DNA from: Acaryochloris thomasi RCC1774 | GTDB taxonomy: Bacteria; Cyanobacteriota; Cyanobacteriia; Thermosynechococcales; Thermosynechococcaceae | DNA: 32,000 nt | Assembly: GCF_003231495.1 (NCBI RefSeq) | Contig: NZ_PQWO01000002.1 | Span: 120,001 to 152,000 of the forward strand | Reading direction: 5' to 3' | In this document: positions 27,901-32,000 of the stretch, in pieces | Layout of the letters: every line of letters starts with the position of its first letter | How positions within the stretch are numbered: position 1 is the stretch's first letter | The notes under the pieces: model-generated | What the model saw: only the letters and a program-made list of their open reading frames with translations | Told to the model about the DNA's origin: nothing | The model's database searches: none | Translations under genes and position numbers: made by a program

Positions 27901-29292
27901 CTAAAACTCAGCATTGAGGGGCGTCCGTGGAAAGGGGATCACATCTCGGATATTAGCCATGCCGGTCATAAACTGTACCAGCCGTTCAAAGCCAAGGCCG
28001 AATCCTGCATGGGGGACGGTGCCGTACCGCCGCAGGTCGAGGTACCACCAGTAATCTTCTAGTGATAAGCCTTGCGCTAATATACGTTGCTCTAGAACGT
28101 CTAGCCGCTCTTCTCTTTGAGCGCCGCCGATGATTTCGCCCAGCTTGGGAACTAGAACGTCCATCGCGGCGACTGTTTTGCCATCATCGTTGAGGCGCAT
28201 GTAAAAGGCTTTAATCTCTTTGGGGTAGTCGGTGACGATCACGGGCTTTTTGAACAATTCTTCGCAGAGGTATCGCTCGTGCTCTGATTGCAAATCTAGC
28301 CCCCATTCAACCGGATATTCAAAGGGATGGTTGGCTTTGGTTAGGGTTGCGATCGCATCTCCATAGCTAATTCGTTCAAACTCTTGATTAACAATCTGTT
28401 CAGCCGTCTCCAGCACCGACTGATCAATCCGAAGATTGAAAAATTCCATATCTTCAGCGCAGTGATCTAAGACCGTCTTGAATATATGTTTGAGAAACGC
28501 CTCCGCTAAATCCATATCTCCCTGCAGATCGCAGAAAGCCATCTCCGGCTCCACCATCCAAAACTCAGCCAGATGTCGAGACGTATTAGAATTTTCTGCC
28601 CGAAACGTTGGACCAAAGGTGTACACATTACTAAAAGCGAGCGCCATTGCCTCCGCCTCTAGCTGTCCACTCACCGTCAGATAAGTTGGTTTTCCGAAAA
28701 AGTCCTGCCCATAATCAACGTCTCCAGCCTCCGTCAGCGGAATCTGCTGCGGATTAAAGTGGGTCACCGCTAGCTGTTCACCAGCCCCTTCGCAGTCACT
28801 GCCCGTAATGATCGGCGTATGCACCCAGAGAAAATCACGCTCCTGAAAAAACTGGTGAATGGCTTGAGAACAGGTGTTCCTGACTCGAAAAACAGAGCCG
28901 AGCGTATTGGTGCGCGATCGCAAGTGAGCAATCGTCCGCAAAAACTCAAAAGAGTGCCTTTTTTTCTGTAACGGATAGGTCTCAGAATCGCTTTCTCCCC
29001 AAACCTGCAAAGTCTCTGCATGGAGCTCAATTCGCTGCTTGTTACCCTGCGAAGCAACAAGCACACCCGATACAGATACAGAAGCGCCTGTCGTTAGTGA
29101 CCGCAGCAGATCTGCATAGTCAGGCAACTTTTGATCCAGAACAACCTGTAGCCCCTGTAGTGAAGACCCATCATTTATTTCTAGAAAAGAAAAATTCTTG
29201 AGCTCTCGTTTCGTTCTTACCCAACCTTGGACAGTAGCAGCTTGTTTCGGTTCTCCTGAGCGGAGTAAATCAATCACGCGTCGAACAGACAT
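27901..29292 (-). CDS. asnS: Asparagine--tRNA ligase
   Basis: N-terminal OB-fold ([23 protein letters not shown]). Class II motif 2 is [21 protein letters not shown]. Motif 3 is [12 protein letters not shown]. Confidence 0.93.
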   Translation of the reverse strand: MSVRRVIDLLRSGEPKQAATVQGWVRTKRELKNFSFLEINDGSSLQGLQVVLDQKLPDYADLLRSLTTGASVSVSGVLVASQGNKQRIELHAETLQVWGESDSETYPLQKKRHSFEFLRTIAHLRSRTNTLGSVFRVRNTCSQAIHQFFQERDFLWVHTPIITGSDCEGAGEQLAVTHFNPQQIPLTEAGDVDYGQDFFGKPTYLTVSGQLEAEAMALAFSNVYTFGPTFRAENSNTSRHLAEFWMVEPEMAFCDLQGDMDLAEAFLKHIFKTVLDHCAEDMEFFNLRIDQSVLETAEQIVNQEFERISYGDAIATLTKANHPFEYPVEWGLDLQSEHERYLCEELFKKPVIVTDYPKEIKAFYMRLNDDGKTVAAMDVLVPKLGEIIGGAQREERLDVLEQRILAQGLSLEDYWWYLDLRRYGTVPHAGFGLGFERLVQFMTGMANIRDVIPFPRTPLNAEF

Positions 29293-29547
29293 GCATTAAG
29301 ATAGCGAATCGCTTTCAAAGTAAATTTTTAAGCACCAGTGTGCGCAACTAAATTATGCGCCAAGCTCATATCAGGATGAATTTGCTCAGAGGTAAAAGGG
29401 GAAATATCAGGCGTTGTCAAGATTGTCAAATCATGAAACTTTATGCCACAGTAGAGCTTACAAGAAATACTGCGTTCAGTTCAGAAACATTGCTGAGTTA
29501 ACGTTCGTCACTGCAGCAGTGATGGCAGACCGCATCGCAACAGTCTT

Positions 29548-31008
29548 ATGGCGTTTCAAACTTCTCCTATCATGTCCCACTCTGTCCGACCCCTCATCAT
29601 TGCCACCTTAGCAGCCTCCGTAATGGGTGGTGCCCCTGCATGGGCTGCTTCAGGGCAGTCAGAGCAGTCAGTCAATAAGTCTGAGACTCCGCTTTTGGTC
29701 GCCGCTGTTAATCCCAACAGCTATATCTTGGGGCCAGGCGATCAGGTTCAGCTGACATTGTTTGGACAGGATAACTTATTCCCTACACCCTATCTTGTCT
29801 TAGTTGATGGCACCATTAGCCTTCCCTTCATTGGTAATGTTCCCGTTGCTGGACGCAGTATTGGTCAGGTTGAGCAAGACCTTAACGCCCGCTACAGCCG
29901 CTACTATAAGCGACCCCTGGTCACCGTGATTTTAACCAGGCCCCGTTCCTTAAATCTTGCCATTGCAGGCGAAGTTAGACGGCCTGGTACTTATCCCATC
30001 GATAGCCCAGAGCAAATTCCCACGGTCACTCAACTCATTCAGCTTGCCGGTGGCACCACCCAGTCTGCCGATTTATCCAGGGTTCAGGTGAAGCGCACCG
30101 GCAACGAGGTGGAATCGCTTGATTTATTAAAACTGCTCACTGAAGGCAGCATCAGTGAGAACATCGACTTGAGAGACGGAGACACGGTCATCATCCCGCC
30201 CTCAGATAGTCTCAATCTTGCAGACTCAGATCTCATTGCCTCTGCTAGCTTTTCTGCGGCTACCTCAGAACCGCTCAATATTGCTGTGGTTGGCGAAGTT
30301 TACCGACCTGGCCCCCATACGATTCGGCCGGGTAGTGCAAACGTTAATGAAGCCGGTGAAGTTGGCCAGAATAGAGGAGGAGGGACCGGACGGGAATTTC
30401 CTACAGTCACTCAGGCCATCCAAACTGCCGGAGGAATCAAGCCAGAAGCAAATGTGAGCCAAGTTCAGGTTCGTCGACGCAGCCGTAATGGTTCAGAGCA
30501 ACTAATTGATGTCGACTTGTGGAAGCTTTTGCAGGAAGGCGATCTCAAGCAGGATATTGCACTTCAACAGGGTGACACTGTTATTGTTCCCAAAGGTGAA
30601 GGTTTCACTGCACAGGATCAAGTTACTCTTTCCGCAGCCAGCTTCTCCCCCGCAACGATTGATGTCAATGTCGTGGGTGAGGTGACCCGACCTGGCGTTG
30701 TTCAAGTCCCCCCCAACACCCCTTTGAACACAGCAATGCTATCTGCCGGTGGTTTCAACACCAGTCGGGCTAAGAAAAGCTCCGTCCAGCTTATTCGCCT
30801 CAATCCTGACGGCACTGTAACCCAGCGCAAAGTTAAAATTGACTTCGATCAGCCCGTGAATGAGGAAACCAACCCAGCTCTTCGTAACAATGATGTGGTG
30901 GTGGTTGATCGTTCAGGTCTGACGAAGTTCTCCGATTCAGTAACAAGCGTATTTGCACCTATTAGAGGTGTAGGAGGCGCAACGGGTATCTTTAGAACCT
31001 TCTTCTAG
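29548..31008 (+). CDS. Polysaccharide export protein (Wza/KpsD-like, Poly_export plus SLBB repeats)
   Basis: Signal peptide, then a Poly_export signature (YILGPGDQVQLTLFG ... DGTISLPFIGNVPVAGRSIGQVEQDL). Repeated SLBB-like units follow (GEVRRPGTYPI, GEVYRPGPHTI, GEVTRPGVVQV). The start may be the internal ATG (MSHSVRP). Confidence 0.85.
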   Translation: MAFQTSPIMSHSVRPLIIATLAASVMGGAPAWAASGQSEQSVNKSETPLLVAAVNPNSYILGPGDQVQLTLFGQDNLFPTPYLVLVDGTISLPFIGNVPVAGRSIGQVEQDLNARYSRYYKRPLVTVILTRPRSLNLAIAGEVRRPGTYPIDSPEQIPTVTQLIQLAGGTTQSADLSRVQVKRTGNEVESLDLLKLLTEGSISENIDLRDGDTVIIPPSDSLNLADSDLIASASFSAATSEPLNIAVVGEVYRPGPHTIRPGSANVNEAGEVGQNRGGGTGREFPTVTQAIQTAGGIKPEANVSQVQVRRRSRNGSEQLIDVDLWKLLQEGDLKQDIALQQGDTVIVPKGEGFTAQDQVTLSAASFSPATIDVNVVGEVTRPGVVQVPPNTPLNTAMLSAGGFNTSRAKKSSVQLIRLNPDGTVTQRKVKIDFDQPVNEETNPALRNNDVVVVDRSGLTKFSDSVTSVFAPIRGVGGATGIFRTFF

Positions 31009-31112
31009 AAGACCCGTGGCTGAGACTCGATCCCCGCATAAGGACAGGTTTTAAGGCCAGCTAAGGTGTAGAGTTGAGTCTACAACACTCTAACAATGCA
31101 TCAAGGGGCAGT

Positions 31113-32000
31113 ATGCGGATTCTTTTTGTCGCTGCAGAGGCATCGCCGCTCGCAAAAGCGGGTGGTATGGGTGTCGTGACAGGATCCTTGTCTAAGGTTC
31201 TGCGGGCCATGGGCCACGATGTCCGTATTTTTCTGCCCTACTACGGCTCCCTGCCCAAGACTCTAAAGGTCTCGAGCTGCCCTGTGTGGGATGGCTCGGC
31301 TATGTTTGAAAAGTTCTCCGTCTACGAGACCGTTTTACCTGAGACGGATGTACCGCTGTATCTATTTCAGCATTCCTGCTTTGATGGCCCTCACATTTAC
31401 GGCCTAGAAAATGATGATTGGCGATTTACATTCTTTGCCAATGGTGCGGCAGAGTTTTGCTGGAATCACTGGAAACCTCAAATTATTCACTGCCATGACT
31501 GGCATACGGGCATGATCCCGGTCTGGATGCACCAATCGCCAGATATTGCCACCGTTTTTACAATCCATAATTTGGCTTATCAGGGGCCATCTAGAGCGCG
31601 CCTCGAACAAATAACCTGGTGTCCCTGGTACATGGAGGGACACAACACAATGGCAGCAGCCTTGCGATACGCCGATCGGGTCACTACGGTCTCCCCGACC
31701 TATGCAGAGCAGATCAAGACTCCAGCCTACGGAGAAAATCTGGAAGAACTCCTCGCCTCTATTGGTGATAAAGTCCTTGGCATCATTAATGGCATTGACC
31801 CTACCTCCTATGATCCGTCAGTGGACGCTAGCTTGCCTCAAACCTATAGCTCTGCAGAGCTGGATCATCGCAAGATAAACAAAGCCTCGCTACAAAAAGA
31901 ATTGGGATTACAGGAACGTCCTCAGGCTTGGCTGGTGTCAATGGTCACCCGATTGGTCGAGCAAAAGGGGATCGATCTTGTTCTGCAAGTCTTAGATCGG
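31113..32000 (+). CDS. glgA: Glycogen synthase, 3'-truncated by the window edge
   Basis: Hand translation from the ATG at 31113 gives MRILFVAAEASPLAKAGGMGVVTGSLSKVLRAMGHDVRIFLPYYG ... HCHDWHTGMIP ... FTIHNLAYQG ... VTTVSPTYAEQI. This includes the KxGG motif and is open to nt 32000. It is absent from the ORF track because there is no stop codon in the window. Confidence 0.92.
   Translation, partial: MRILFVAAEASPLAKAGGMGVVTGSLSKVLRAMGHDVRIFLPYYGSLPKTLKVSSCPVWDGSAMFEKFSVYETVLPETDVPLYLFQHSCFDGPHIYGLENDDWRFTFFANGAAEFCWNHWKPQIIHCHDWHTGMIPVWMHQSPDIATVFTIHNLAYQGPSRARLEQITWCPWYMEGHNTMAAALRYADRVTTVSPTYAEQIKTPAYGENLEELLASIGDKVLGIINGIDPTSYDPSVDASLPQTYSSAELDHRKINKASLQKELGLQERPQAWLVSMVTRLVEQKGIDLVLQVLDR

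Noticed and set aside
29414-29611. 65-aa plus-strand ORF upstream of and overlapping the Wza-like gene start
   Set aside because: It is out of frame with the exporter gene and covers its promoter and leader. No supporting features.
31404-31643. 79-aa minus-strand ORF
   Set aside because: It is antisense to the clearly coding glgA frame, which the track omits only because that frame has no stop in the window.

Overview
This window looks like an ordinary, gene-dense piece of a cyanobacterial chromosome. The taxon call rests on the HIP1 palindrome GCGATCGC, which I found at 16 or more sites against about 0.5 expected by chance, and on typical cyanobacterial gene families. Most of the window is housekeeping or conserved genes: a 5'-truncated GGDEF-EAL signalling protein, a SAM methyltransferase, a secreted pentapeptide-repeat protein, mutS, a Uma2/DUF820 nuclease-fold protein, hspA, a DUF4127-like protein, an AI-2E/PerM permease, pgm, long-form cbiX, proA, a PLC-like phosphodiesterase, a PRC-barrel protein, murQ, an aldo/keto reductase, a five-fold TM-helix-repeat membrane protein, mscL, asnS, a Wza-like polysaccharide exporter, and the 5' part of glgA. 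glgA is missing from the ORF track because it has no stop codon inside the window. I see no rRNA, tRNA, CRISPR array or recognisable defence or toxin island. Six things are worth a second look. (1) A roughly 200-nt structured leader lies between proA and cbiX, with cobalamin-riboswitch core motifs, a B12-box and a terminator-like hairpin. (2) An IS200-like/RAYT tyrosine transposase gene is bracketed by 45-bp inverted double-hairpin REP-like modules that carry compensatory stem changes. (3) A 156-bp MITE-like element has 9-bp terminal inverted repeats and 9-bp flanking direct repeats. (4) Three tandem ORFs of 51, 56 and 56 aa sit upstream of proA, below the track's 60-aa cutoff, with ATGA and GTGA start/stop overlaps. 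(5) A PEP-CTERM-like secreted protein with a PES variant motif sits in a segment that looks AT-richer. (6) An unclassifiable secreted protein lies just downstream of murQ. None of these is clearly a novel multi-gene system, and the interest scores reflect that.
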